Shown: one piece after another, positions 45,687-55,923 of the stretch
How positions within the stretch are numbered: the first letter of the stretch is position 1
How the letters are laid out: every line of letters starts with the position of its first letter
Source: a virus
Lineage: Duplodnaviria; Caudoviricetes
Virus record (IMG/VR): IMGVR_UViG_3300017911_001818
Location: 32,003 to 96,002 of that record
Direction: 5' to 3' (one strand)
Length of the DNA: 64,000 bases
Position numbers and translations under genes: made by a program
Notes under the pieces: generated by a model
What the model was told of the DNA's origin: nothing
Database searches by the model: none
Seen by the model: only the letters and a program-made list of their open reading frames with translations

Positions 45687-47027
45687 ATGACAGCTATCGT
45701 AACAAATGACATTAAAAGGCAGCTACTGCAAACTGTATTGACAGATGTTGCAGACAGCGCCAACTATTATTACATTGGTATCGGTAAGTCAGATCAGTGG
45801 AACATTTCTGATGAGGCTCCAGTAATCATTAACAGTGAAAAACAGAAGCGTGATTTTAGAACTGGCCTTCAGTCAATTATTAGAACTACAGATGCATCTT
45901 TCGTTGTTTCTAGATATAACTGGACCTCTGGTACTATTTACAATGCATACACTGATTTAAATGTAACGAATACTAATTACTACGTGCTTACTGCTAACAA
46001 CAGAGTTTATCTTTGTGTTCAGCAAGGTAGAAATAACAACGGCGTAGCGCAAACTTCTACAGTAGACCCAGAAACAACTGGTACAACTACTTCTGCTAAG
46101 TCTACATCTGATGGTTACGTTTGGAAATATTTGCTTACGTTAACTGCAGATAATGCAAACAAGTTCCTTTCCGCTAACTTTATTCCTGTTTCTAAAGTCG
46201 ACTCCGCTGCTGGTTTGGGTACTATCTTACAAACGCAATTAGATGTTCAGCAAGCTGCAGATTCTGGCCAAGTTGTAGGATTTAGAGTAACAACACCAGG
46301 ATCTGGATATACTTCCGCCCCAACAGTAACTATTAATGGCGATGGAACAGGAGCTCGAGCAGTTGCTACGCTTACTGATGCAGGTGGTATTGGTAAAGTT
46401 GAAATCAAGGACTCTAGTGGAACATTGGCGTTTGGCTCTGGTTACTCGTTTGCTTCTGTAGCATTAAGTTCTGGTAGCGCTGAAGTTTCTCCTATTATTT
46501 CTGCTATTGGATTGGGGAATGATCCGAGAGAAGATTTAAATGCCACATCAGTAATGTTAAACGCTAAACCTAATGGTTTACAAAATAACTCATTTATTGT
46601 TCAAAATGACTTTAGGCAGATTGGTTTAATTAAAAACCCAAAGAAAGTAGCTACTGACTCTGACTTTACAGATACTGATGCTATGGCTCTCCGTAAATTA
46701 ACCTTGTCAAGTATCGTTAATTTTGATAGTGATAATTCGAGAGACGCTTTAATTGTTGGTGGAACGAGCGGAGCTAAAGCATTTGTAGACGATAAAAGAG
46801 GTTCTCTCTTCTTATATCATCAGAATGACAGTACAGGATTTAAGCCATTCGAAGCTGGCGAGCAAATTAGCGACGTTAATAATGGCAGTAGAACAGCGAC
46901 GATTGATACTGATTCTGATGGTGAAGTTAAATTATTTGATAATCAGATTCTCTATATAGAAAATAGAGCTGCTGTTGTTAGAGATACCGCTCAAACAGAA
47001 GACGTTAAAATTATTGTGCAATTATAA
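45687..47027 (+). CDS. gp8: baseplate wedge subunit gp8
   Basis: RYNW.SGT.Y, YYV.....VY.C, DGYVWKY, DFRQ.GL..NP, LYIENR....R...Q.ED.K. Confidence 0.9.
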   Translation: MTAIVTNDIKRQLLQTVLTDVADSANYYYIGIGKSDQWNISDEAPVIINSEKQKRDFRTGLQSIIRTTDASFVVSRYNWTSGTIYNAYTDLNVTNTNYYVLTANNRVYLCVQQGRNNNGVAQTSTVDPETTGTTTSAKSTSDGYVWKYLLTLTADNANKFLSANFIPVSKVDSAAGLGTILQTQLDVQQAADSGQVVGFRVTTPGSGYTSAPTVTINGDGTGARAVATLTDAGGIGKVEIKDSSGTLAFGSGYSFASVALSSGSAEVSPIISAIGLGNDPREDLNATSVMLNAKPNGLQNNSFIVQNDFRQIGLIKNPKKVATDSDFTDTDAMALRKLTLSSIVNFDSDNSRDALIVGGTSGAKAFVDDKRGSLFLYHQNDSTGFKPFEAGEQISDVNNGSRTATIDTDSDGEVKLFDNQILYIENRAAVVRDTAQTEDVKIIVQL

Positions 47028-47040
47028 GGTAAGAAGATAA

Positions 47041-49887
47041 ATGCCTAACTCTTTTACTAATACAACTTTTAGTACTACGTATAAAGACGATTTTAAAGAT
47101 AGCGATCATTATCATCGGATTCTCTTTAATTCTGGTCGTGCGTTGCAAGCTAGAGAGCTCACTCAATTACAAACTATTACGCAGAATGAGTTAGAGCGCC
47201 TTGGACGGCATATTTTTAAAGAGGGTAGTGTTGTTCTTCCGGGAGGACTTACTCTCGATAGAAATTATGAATTTGTAAAGTTAGAAACATCAGATACATC
47301 AGCATTTTCTGTTGGTGATGTAATTCAAGGTTTAACAAGTTCTGTTCAAGCTAAAATTCTTCAAATCGTAGCGGCTACTGACACAGATCCGGCAACTTTT
47401 TATGTAAAATACATTAATTCGTCTACTTCTACTGGAGTAGTTGATGAACCTGTTAGATTTACTCCTGGTGAGTTTGTTCAACGCACAGCATCTTCGGATT
47501 CTATTCGTGTTCAGGTTGTAAGCATCCTAGGAAACTTTGCAGTTGGCCGTGGTACGAGAGCTTCGGTTAATAATGGAGTTTATTTTACACGTGGCCACTT
47601 CGTCTCAGTGACGCCACAATCGGCTCTGGTGAGCAAATATTCAGATACACCCAATGAAGTTATTGGAATGAAGATTGTCGAGGATGTAATTACTGTTTCT
47701 GACACTAATGCTCTCTATGATAATCAAAATAATAATATTCCTAATTTAACTGCTCCTGGTGCAGACAGATATAGAATCACATTAACATTAGCTATAGAAA
47801 GTGAATTAGATAGCGGAGATAACTTCTTCTCTATTAATGAAGTTTCTAATGGCCTTTTATTAAAAGAAGTCGATGATACTGAGTATGCTCGAATCGACAC
47901 TGAACTGTCAGCTAGAACGAAAGAGGAGTCTGGCGATTATATTGTAGAGGGCTTTACCTCTGTAATGGAGACTGGAGACTCAGATAGAGTATTATCTCTA
48001 AATGTTGGAGGCGGTATTGCTTATGTCGACGGTAGAAGAGTCGCAAGACCAAATGTTGTACCTATCGTAGTAAATAAGCCAAGAGAAACAGAAGTAGTTG
48101 AAGAAACTGTCTCAGCTAATTTCGGTAATTATGTCAGAGTAACAGCTCCAACGCTTTCTGGAATTATTCCCAATATTGATGTTCTTCAAACTGTTACATT
48201 AAAAAATGCTGTAAATTTTGGTGGTTCTGAAATAGGAACTGCTCGAGTTCGCTCTTTAGTTAAAGATGGTGCTAACTATAGATTGCACCTTTTTGATATT
48301 AAAATTAATGATGGTTCTAAATTTAGTGAAGCCAGAAGTATTGGATTAACTACAGGTCACTTTAATTTAATTACTGAAGGTGGCGTAGCAGTTATTAAAG
48401 AAGCTGTTAACAATAACCTTTTCTTTGGGGTTGGTAAGATTAGACCATCCCTCGTAGATGATGTCACATTAACTGTCCAAAGAAGATTCGAAGCAACAAC
48501 TGATGGCACAGGTGTAGCAACTTTGAGTGGGTTGGGTACTGATGAATCATTCTCAAACTCAACCAGCTGGATTGTTGCCTTAGACAGTGCAGCTGCGACT
48601 CAAATCCTTCCCGATGCTACAGCGACGAACGCTGGAGAAATTACAACAGGAAGGCCAGCAGCAGAAACAATTGAAGTAATTGCATTAGTCGATAAAACTG
48701 CCAGCGCTGTTACGATTCGCCCTAAGACTAGAACTGTTTCTAATCAAATCGGTCTTACTGTTGATTCTGATGGTACAGGCGTTAAATTTATTAGACTTGA
48801 CAATCCAGATATCTTTAAATTAAATAGCGCAGTCGATTCTGCTACTAGCGTATCTGTATTAAATAGATTTAGTCTTGACAATGGACAAAGAGATAATTTT
48901 TATCTAAACGGCAGACTTATGCTAAAGTCTGGGTTTAGTGTGCCAGCTGGTCCGATCACAGTAAACTATGAATACTTTGAGCACGGTGCTGGAGATTTTT
49001 TCGCAGTCAACTCTTATGATGTAAACGACATTGGATACCAAAATATTCCGAAACATATTTTATCCAATGGAACAGAGGTTGACTTACGGAACTTCTTAGA
49101 TTTTAGACCATATAGAGATTCTGCTGATGGAAGTTTTACAGCCTCTAATGTTAACGAACTTCCGATTAATACTGATACTATTGCTGCTGACATTACTTAC
49201 TATAAAGGTCGTAATGACATTTTAGTGCTAACTCCAGATCAAGAAGTCAAGTATATTGAGGGTATTCAGGCTCTAGATAATAGATTAACTCCTGAAACTC
49301 CAGCGTTAAACTTAAAGATTAAAGAATTTCAACTTCAACCATTTACAGATGATTTAGAAGATGTCGATGAGACATTTATTGAAAATAGAAGATTTACAAT
49401 GCGTGACATCTCTGCTATTGTAGAGCGCATTGATAATATTGAAGAGGTAGTTTCTCTCAATTTATTAGAAGCTTCTACAGCATCGCTTGAAGTGTTAGAT
49501 TCTGATGGTAACCCGAGATTCAGGAATGGTTTCTTCGCAGATAACTTTGCAAACCTATTCTATTCCGATATCGAGAATGAACAATATACTGCATCATTCA
49601 ACTTACATGATCAGCTACTTCAGCCAGATTTCGTTGAAAATGAAGTTCCTTTAGTTTATGACTCAGCTGATACTGCGACGAGTAACACTAAACTGACAGG
49701 TAATGCTTTAACTCTCGATTATACAAGTAGTGTATATATAAATCAAAACTTGGCCTCTGAAACTGAAAACATCAACCCATTTGAAGTTATTACATTTACA
49801 GGGGAGCTAAAGCTTTCTCCAGAAGTTGACGAATGGGAAGAAAGAAGGTTTATAACTAGAACTGTTAGAAGAATCAGAACTTTTTAA
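47041..49887 (+). CDS. large virion structural protein (DUF4815/VrlC-like), N-terminal part
   Basis: Y.DDF.....YHRILF..GR.LQARELTQLQ, APGADR, RT..ESGDY.V, DFRP, RFTMRDI, GFF.DNF, ENINPF. Confidence 0.85.
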   Translation: MPNSFTNTTFSTTYKDDFKDSDHYHRILFNSGRALQARELTQLQTITQNELERLGRHIFKEGSVVLPGGLTLDRNYEFVKLETSDTSAFSVGDVIQGLTSSVQAKILQIVAATDTDPATFYVKYINSSTSTGVVDEPVRFTPGEFVQRTASSDSIRVQVVSILGNFAVGRGTRASVNNGVYFTRGHFVSVTPQSALVSKYSDTPNEVIGMKIVEDVITVSDTNALYDNQNNNIPNLTAPGADRYRITLTLAIESELDSGDNFFSINEVSNGLLLKEVDDTEYARIDTELSARTKEESGDYIVEGFTSVMETGDSDRVLSLNVGGGIAYVDGRRVARPNVVPIVVNKPRETEVVEETVSANFGNYVRVTAPTLSGIIPNIDVLQTVTLKNAVNFGGSEIGTARVRSLVKDGANYRLHLFDIKINDGSKFSEARSIGLTTGHFNLITEGGVAVIKEAVNNNLFFGVGKIRPSLVDDVTLTVQRRFEATTDGTGVATLSGLGTDESFSNSTSWIVALDSAAATQILPDATATNAGEITTGRPAAETIEVIALVDKTASAVTIRPKTRTVSNQIGLTVDSDGTGVKFIRLDNPDIFKLNSAVDSATSVSVLNRFSLDNGQRDNFYLNGRLMLKSGFSVPAGPITVNYEYFEHGAGDFFAVNSYDVNDIGYQNIPKHILSNGTEVDLRNFLDFRPYRDSADGSFTASNVNELPINTDTIAADITYYKGRNDILVLTPDQEVKYIEGIQALDNRLTPETPALNLKIKEFQLQPFTDDLEDVDETFIENRRFTMRDISAIVERIDNIEEVVSLNLLEASTASLEVLDSDGNPRFRNGFFADNFANLFYSDIENEQYTASFNLHDQLLQPDFVENEVPLVYDSADTATSNTKLTGNALTLDYTSSVYINQNLASETENINPFEVITFTGELKLSPEVDEWEERRFITRTVRRIRTF

Positions 49888-49900
49888 GGGGATTATTTAA

Positions 49901-52171
49901 GTGTCGCATACTATATTTGGCGGTGTAGACGTATCAACTTCACCATTACGAACTGCGAGTGGAGGTTTAGTACGAACTTCTAGTGGAAGTATCGTTCAGA
50001 TCGGCGGTGGTGATCGAGCAGATCGGAATAACGATAGAAGAGATCGCACACGTGATCGAGAAGTCACTTCAAGTACAGAAACCGTGCGACGCACAGTAAG
50101 ACTTCTTCCAGACCTTCGTTCTAGATTAGTATTTTTTAAAGCAGAAGCTTTAAAGCCTAATACTCGTCACTTTATATTCTTTGATAACGTTCTGCTGACC
50201 GATCCGAATGGGAATAACTACACAAGAGAAGAAGCTACATTTGAAGAGTTTTCTAGAAGAAATAAAAATGCATTTATTAATTCTAGACAAACAACTCACC
50301 CTAAAGGTCCAACAGATTTGTACAGCGACAACAAAGGTGAGATTATCGGCTCTTTCTTAGTCCCTAACAACTCAGAGTTGACATTTAAAGCGGGAGAACG
50401 TGAAGTTAAAATTATTGACATTAGTGTAAATGATGATGATAAAGCAACTTCCTTCGCATCAAATGTATATAGAGGGCAAGGCAGAAGAATTACCACCACA
50501 AGAACAATCACTATAACGACAACTCAAAGAAGAAGAGATCCTCTTGCACAATCTTTTCAAATCCAAAATAGTGAAGGTGCATTCATAACTAAAATTGATG
50601 TTTACTTTTCGACCAGACCTGCAGCTGGAACCGCCGACGCAAACATTCCAGTTAGACTTGAAATCCGTCCTCTGAGAAGTGGCGTTCCTGCTCAAGAAGA
50701 GTTTGTAGTTGGTTCTCAAGTAATTAAACAAAGAGACGATGTTAATATTCCAGCAGATTTAGATGATTTGGACACTATCAGAGCTACACCAACTACGTTT
50801 GAGTTTGATCAGCCAATTTATTTACCAGGAAATACGCCTTTTGCATTTATTCTGATGGCAGATACTGTTGACTATAATGTTTATGTTGCTAAGGCTGGCG
50901 ACTTTATTATCGGTACAACCGACAGAAAGATTCGCAAACAGCCATCGCTCGGAAGTTTATTCATGTCTCAGAATGCTGTTACATGGACTCCAGATCAAAC
51001 AAGAGATATGATGTTTAGAATTCATAGAGCTAACTTTGTAAGCTCTGGCACCGCTCTCTTGGAAAATATTGATCTTCCTGAAGCGGTTCTTGATGTCGAT
51101 CCGATTACTACTGATAGTGGCTCTACAACTGTCACTGTGAATTATAATGGGCATGGCTTTGGAGTTGATGACAAAGTACAGTTATTTGGATTGGATTCTA
51201 ATACGACATATGGTGGTATTAGAGGAGCTAGTATACTGGGAGAAAGAACAGTAACAGCTATCGAAGGCAATAACTTTAGATTTAATGCAGATAGTGCAGC
51301 TACTTCAACTACAGTTGCTGGTGGTTCGAATGTAACAGCAACACAAAATATTCAAATGGATGTTGCATTACCTGTAATTGAGTCTTTAATTCCTAGTAGT
51401 GCAGCTACTATGACAATGAAAGGATCGTTCGCTAAAGGACGTTCTATCGTTCCTGCGAGTGGAGCTGTTCCTAATAATAAATCTAAAAATACTTTCCAGT
51501 TAAGCTCTACATTTGATATTGTATCTGGATCTCCAGTATTTTTTGAAAATCCTCAAGTTGTAGCCAGCCGTAGAAATGAAGATTCGGCGACAACTCTACT
51601 TGGCAGTGCGTCGACTCCAAGAAGATCTGTTAATGTTACTGCTTCTATGAGTACAACGAGCGACTTTATTAGTCCTGTTATTTTTACAGATAACACACAG
51701 TTGTTTGCATCTAACAATATTATTGATAATCAAGATTCTTCAGGGACTGTAAATGTATTCCCACATAGTTCTCCGTTTAGTTTTGTCAACGAAACTGATG
51801 CTTCTGGTGGTTCTTCATTATCTAAGCACATCACTAATCCGATTGTAATTGAAGAACCTGCTGTTGGCCTAAAAGTTATTATTGGCGCTAACAGACCTTC
51901 TGGAGCTAATTTTGATTTATACTTCAGAACACTTGAGGTAGGAAGCGACCTAAATATTGACGATGTGGCTTTCGTTAAAGCCACACAAGATACTCTTATT
52001 CAGACAGACGAAAATCGAGGAATTTTCAGGGATTATGAATATACCATTGGTGGTTTAACAGGAACACTAAATCCATTTACAACTTTTCAGTTGAAGATTG
52101 TAATGAGAAGCTCGAACAGTTCTAAGGTTCCAACATTTAGAGATTTAAGAGCTATCGCACTCGGAACATAA
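49901..52171 (+). CDS. large virion structural protein (DUF4815-like), C-terminal part
   Basis: LKPNT, DPLAQSF, TTF.F..PIYL, GSLF.SQN..TW, F..FQ.KIV......VP...DLR.IAL; GTG start with AAGGGGA Shine-Dalgarno. Confidence 0.85.
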   Translation: MSHTIFGGVDVSTSPLRTASGGLVRTSSGSIVQIGGGDRADRNNDRRDRTRDREVTSSTETVRRTVRLLPDLRSRLVFFKAEALKPNTRHFIFFDNVLLTDPNGNNYTREEATFEEFSRRNKNAFINSRQTTHPKGPTDLYSDNKGEIIGSFLVPNNSELTFKAGEREVKIIDISVNDDDKATSFASNVYRGQGRRITTTRTITITTTQRRRDPLAQSFQIQNSEGAFITKIDVYFSTRPAAGTADANIPVRLEIRPLRSGVPAQEEFVVGSQVIKQRDDVNIPADLDDLDTIRATPTTFEFDQPIYLPGNTPFAFILMADTVDYNVYVAKAGDFIIGTTDRKIRKQPSLGSLFMSQNAVTWTPDQTRDMMFRIHRANFVSSGTALLENIDLPEAVLDVDPITTDSGSTTVTVNYNGHGFGVDDKVQLFGLDSNTTYGGIRGASILGERTVTAIEGNNFRFNADSAATSTTVAGGSNVTATQNIQMDVALPVIESLIPSSAATMTMKGSFAKGRSIVPASGAVPNNKSKNTFQLSSTFDIVSGSPVFFENPQVVASRRNEDSATTLLGSASTPRRSVNVTASMSTTSDFISPVIFTDNTQLFASNNIIDNQDSSGTVNVFPHSSPFSFVNETDASGGSSLSKHITNPIVIEEPAVGLKVIIGANRPSGANFDLYFRTLEVGSDLNIDDVAFVKATQDTLIQTDENRGIFRDYEYTIGGLTGTLNPFTTFQLKIVMRSSNSSKVPTFRDLRAIALGT

Positions 52172-52182
52172 GGGAATTAAAG

Positions 52183-53463
52183 GTGCCTTTATATAGAAGA
52201 TATTTAAAACAAGACAGTGATGGTTCTGGTACTATACGCCTAAAAGAGATGAGTGATTCTGAATTTATTAGAATCGCAGCTGTGGCAGGTGAATATTATG
52301 CTAGGAACTTTGATTCGTTAAATGAAGGTAATATCTCAATTACTCAATCAGCAACAACTAATGCTGATAGTATTGGCACCTTTATTGACCAAAGCTATTT
52401 AAACGATCCTGATGGTACTGCGCTTTCTGCTGCCACTTTTATTCAAAGATTTACTCGATTTAAAATGCAGAGCACTAACTTTGGGCTTGGTGCGGCTGCA
52501 AGAGTAGACATTGACAGTGCTTATCAAGAAACCGCAGTAGGGTTAGGATTGCCTTCTGGTCAAGGACAAAACCCTTTAACAGTTAAAGAGGGTCAATCTA
52601 CAACTACTCTAGAGTCCCTTAGTTATAGAGACGATCAAGACAATGCCCAAGTTGAAGAACTGCTTGATGATATCATTGTCAAAATCTTTGAGAATGATCT
52701 TCCGGGCATTTTACATATGGCGGACAGTGCAGGACTGCTTACGACCAGCGGCATTCCTGTAGCTGGTTCTGCACCAAACATGGATCCTAATAAATATCCA
52801 TCAGACGTGCTTGGGAAACATATTCCAGATAGTGATGTTTGGATGAAGTTAATTGAATTTAAAGAAGATAGAGATTATTTTGGAGATTCTTCCAGTGGTG
52901 CCAATGACTTTCTTCATGGACCTAATTATATTTATCAAAAGATTGGTTTAACACCAGGATCAAAAGTAGATAGATTATTTCACGGCGAATCTGGAGGAGA
53001 CGAGCCAAGGCTAACAGATTTAAAGGTAAATCCTGTTTTCGCAGTAGTTGATAATAATAATATTTTCCAAAACCTCAGAGTTGGCGCAGATTCTGAATAT
53101 GGTAAAATTATAGGATCTGCATTATGTAATCGTATATCGGAAAATCATCAAGCTGGAAGAGTTGGTAAGTTGGTATTGGCCAGTGATACTAATGGTCCTG
53201 GAGCTGAGTTCACAGCATTAGGTGCTGGCGTTCAGGATAGAATTAGAGATACTGAAGAAGTTGGTGGTGGTAGCTACTCACGCACTTATCACCGGACCTA
53301 TAGAAGAAATTACACCGGCAATTACGGTTCATATGTTGGCAACGCAAATTTTCAAGGCAACCAGTTCACCGGCAACGCTTTCGTAGGAGACCCAACCACA
53401 GTACTGTCTGATACTAAAGTAGATGGCGTAGGTCAGCAGAAACTTTTTGTTAAAATTATTTAA
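52183..53463 (+). CDS. putative virion protein with a C-terminal (Y/F)xxx / (Y/F)xGN repeat
   Basis: In the structural operon; DS-rich; YSRTYHRTYRRNYTGNYGSYVGNANFQGNQFTGNAFVG. Confidence 0.65.
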   Translation: MPLYRRYLKQDSDGSGTIRLKEMSDSEFIRIAAVAGEYYARNFDSLNEGNISITQSATTNADSIGTFIDQSYLNDPDGTALSAATFIQRFTRFKMQSTNFGLGAAARVDIDSAYQETAVGLGLPSGQGQNPLTVKEGQSTTTLESLSYRDDQDNAQVEELLDDIIVKIFENDLPGILHMADSAGLLTTSGIPVAGSAPNMDPNKYPSDVLGKHIPDSDVWMKLIEFKEDRDYFGDSSSGANDFLHGPNYIYQKIGLTPGSKVDRLFHGESGGDEPRLTDLKVNPVFAVVDNNNIFQNLRVGADSEYGKIIGSALCNRISENHQAGRVGKLVLASDTNGPGAEFTALGAGVQDRIRDTEEVGGGSYSRTYHRTYRRNYTGNYGSYVGNANFQGNQFTGNAFVGDPTTVLSDTKVDGVGQQKLFVKII

Positions 53464-53490
53464 TTTTTAGAATCATAGGATTATTTTAAG

Positions 53491-53973
53491 ATGAGTAAAA
53501 GAGTATATAATAATGTTGTTTGGCAAAATAAATATAAGAATAGTGTTAATATTAAATATACTGATTGGTCTCCAAGAGGTGTAGAGCATACTGCCACCAC
53601 AACAGTAAATCGTTATGAGTATGATGGCGATACCGAAACGACAACTCATACAAAACTTTTTTCTAAGATTTTAGAACAGTGGCCATTAGAAAAAATTGAT
53701 CAAGAAACAGAAGAGCACGAAAAACAAAAAGTTTTACAGCAAGAAGCTAATGATAGAAAGAAAAAAGAGGCAGAAGAGTATAACAGGATTAGAAAAGTTT
53801 TTGAAACTAAAATAGAAATCTTTAATATTCCTGAAATTTCTGAATCAAGTAATAGAGAAATGAAAGCCAAGATTCGAAGGTCTAAAACTTCCACAGAGGC
53901 AATTATTAATTCTGTAATGCTGCTATTGAAAGAATCCGATAATGATTTACAACAAAGTTCAACTAAAGAATAA
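53491..53973 (+). CDS. hypothetical protein with a coiled coil (possible assembly chaperone)
   Basis: Charged helical centre; AT-rich. Confidence 0.6.
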   Translation: MSKRVYNNVVWQNKYKNSVNIKYTDWSPRGVEHTATTTVNRYEYDGDTETTTHTKLFSKILEQWPLEKIDQETEEHEKQKVLQQEANDRKKKEAEEYNRIRKVFETKIEIFNIPEISESSNREMKAKIRRSKTSTEAIINSVMLLLKESDNDLQQSSTKE

Positions 53974-54586
53974 TTATGTCTGCAATCGTTTAAAAACAAT
54001 TGAAGATAATGTTTTAAATTTAGTAGACAAAATAAATTATAAAATAAAATTGGAAGCTACAGATTTTATTTCTGAGAAATATTGTAAAAATATTATAGAT
54101 AGACATGTAGGACATGAAGGCATCCCTGAGAAAGAAGAGATGTTAGATATCTTAAATAGTGAACAATTCAGAGAACTGAAAGAATATAAAGAAATCTATC
54201 CTATAATTTTTTCAGAAAGTATTAAATTGCAAGAATTTTTAAGTTCTACTAATCAAGCTTTATTTGCATATTATCCACCAAAAGGATTTATTTCGTGGCA
54301 TAACAATGCTAATGCCCCAGGATACAATGTATTATTTACTTGGTCAGAGAATGGAGATGGTTGGTTTGCATATAAAGATGATGATGGCAAAACAATTAAA
54401 GTTCAAGACGAGAGGGGCTGGTCTTGTAAAATGATGCATTTCGCCCCATATTATGATAAAAAAAATAGAAATCCCATGTATCATGCAGCGTATACAAACT
54501 GCAAAAGAATTACTATGGCATTCCGATTTGAAGAATCTCAAAATATTTGGAACGATTTAATGGAGGATCTTCAAAGTGAGCAGTAA
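53942..54586 (+). CDS. putative cupin-fold Fe(II) oxygenase/hydroxylase
   Basis: YYPP.GFISWHNN ... YH.A.....R.T, a His-x-x...His...Arg double-stranded beta-helix layout. Confidence 0.6.
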   Translation: MIYNKVQLKNNYVCNRLKTIEDNVLNLVDKINYKIKLEATDFISEKYCKNIIDRHVGHEGIPEKEEMLDILNSEQFRELKEYKEIYPIIFSESIKLQEFLSSTNQALFAYYPPKGFISWHNNANAPGYNVLFTWSENGDGWFAYKDDDGKTIKVQDERGWSCKMMHFAPYYDKKNRNPMYHAAYTNCKRITMAFRFEESQNIWNDLMEDLQSEQ

Positions 54587-55295
54587 CGGAATTATTTTAG
54601 TAGCTACTAAAAAAGAAGCCTACTATAACAGTGCAATTATGTGTGCTAATAGTATTCTAGAATATATGCCTGATGCTAATATTACTTTATTTACCACTCC
54701 GGAATTATATAAAAAGTATCATAGATCTTTATTTGATTCAGTGAATTTAGAAACTCCGAATGAATCTCGAGGAAAACTTTGGGGGATGGCCAATACTCCA
54801 TATGAATTAACTCTTTATATGGACTGTGATATGCTAGTCCAGCACGATGAATTTAATTCGATTTTCAAGTTAATAGGTTCGAATGATATGGTTTGGACGA
54901 AAATTACTGCTGAACGTGAATATGCATACAATATTGAAGGTGGTAGTAATAGAGTTTTTCCAGGAGGCGAGTTTAAAATTCATGGAGGTTTGTGCCTTTA
55001 TACTTCATTATGTAAAAAATTTATGAGCGATTGGTATAATCTTGATAAAAAAATTAGAAGTAACAGTTGGTGGCCAGATGTCAGCTTGTATCCAATTAGA
55101 TTTAAAAGTTGGGATCAGTTTTCTCTTTGGTGGTTGACTGAAAAAGAATGGGATAATTATAGATATTTAAAATATGACTTCTTTGAAGATGATTTTAGAT
55201 GGAACTGGTTGCAAACATACGATTCTATAAAAGAAGGCGGAAATATCCCTGGAAAAGAACCTATTATTTTACATCACACCTGGGTTAAAAGATAA
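54576..55295 (+). CDS. GT-A glycosyltransferase (GT8-like)
   Basis: A...A.SI, R.K.....TPY..TLYMDCD, HGG...Y, WDQ..LW, RWN, I.HH. Confidence 0.78.
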   Translation: MSSNGIILVATKKEAYYNSAIMCANSILEYMPDANITLFTTPELYKKYHRSLFDSVNLETPNESRGKLWGMANTPYELTLYMDCDMLVQHDEFNSIFKLIGSNDMVWTKITAEREYAYNIEGGSNRVFPGGEFKIHGGLCLYTSLCKKFMSDWYNLDKKIRSNSWWPDVSLYPIRFKSWDQFSLWWLTEKEWDNYRYLKYDFFEDDFRWNWLQTYDSIKEGGNIPGKEPIILHHTWVKR

Positions 55296-55297
55296 CT

Positions 55298-55513
55298 ATG
55301 ACTGAAACTCCAATTAAAGATTATCCTAATTTAGTTAAGAACAGTTCTGGAGTCGTTATAAATAAAGATACTAGCGGTCTGGCTGCTGCAAAGGCCAGAA
55401 AGCAGAAACAAAAACAAGAAAAACAAGAACTTGACGAGTTAAAAAACAAAGTAGATAGAATAGAATCAATGCTTAGCACATTGATTGACAAATTTACTGA
55501 CGATGGAAAATAA
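55298..55513 (+). CDS. small coiled-coil protein typical of T4-like tail regions
   Basis: L.+...G.VIN.D followed by a heptad coiled coil. Confidence 0.7.
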   Translation: MTETPIKDYPNLVKNSSGVVINKDTSGLAAAKARKQKQKQEKQELDELKNKVDRIESMLSTLIDKFTDDGK

Positions 55514-55518
55514 CTCTT

Positions 55519-55526
55519 TATAAATA
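55519..55526 (+). promoter_or_regulatory. T4 late promoter (a second copy lies at 55357-55364)
   Basis: Intergenic TATAAATA. Confidence 0.85.
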
Positions 55527-55562
55527 ATGTTATACATGTAATAACAAAAGAGTTTGCTCATC

Positions 55563-55910
55563 ATGGCAGAATATGCAGTGCTGACAGTTGACCAAGGCAC
55601 AGACACAATTTTTCAGCTTGAAGTATTAGATAGTGACAGGACTGCAAAAGACCTCACCGATCTAACCATCAATGCTAAATATAAGAAGTCGTATAACTCA
55701 ACTACTTCTACTTCATTTTCTGTCAATGTACCAACTCCAAAAACACAAGGTATTATTGAATTAACGGTAAATGGCACTGACACAAAAACATTAACTGCTG
55801 GCCGCTATGTTTATGATGTGGAATTAAAAAACGCCAATAAGGTGACTGAGAGAATCCTAGAGGGCATTCTTGAAATTAATCCTGGCGTAACTTTGTCTGA
55901 TTCGGCATAA
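55563..55910 (+). CDS. virion structural protein (BppU-like fibre adaptor)
   Basis: L.VDQG, DLT, KKSY.S, T..L.AGRYVYDVE, RILEG.....PGVT; start at ATG 55563. Confidence 0.75.
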   Translation: MAEYAVLTVDQGTDTIFQLEVLDSDRTAKDLTDLTINAKYKKSYNSTTSTSFSVNVPTPKTQGIIELTVNGTDTKTLTAGRYVYDVELKNANKVTERILEGILEINPGVTLSDSA

Positions 55911-55923
55911 TAAAGGAATAAAC

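Noticed and set aside
49870-49903. Frameshift joining the two DUF4815-like ORFs at CTTTTTAA
   Set aside because: The downstream frame has a TAA immediately before its GTG start, so a shift could not read through
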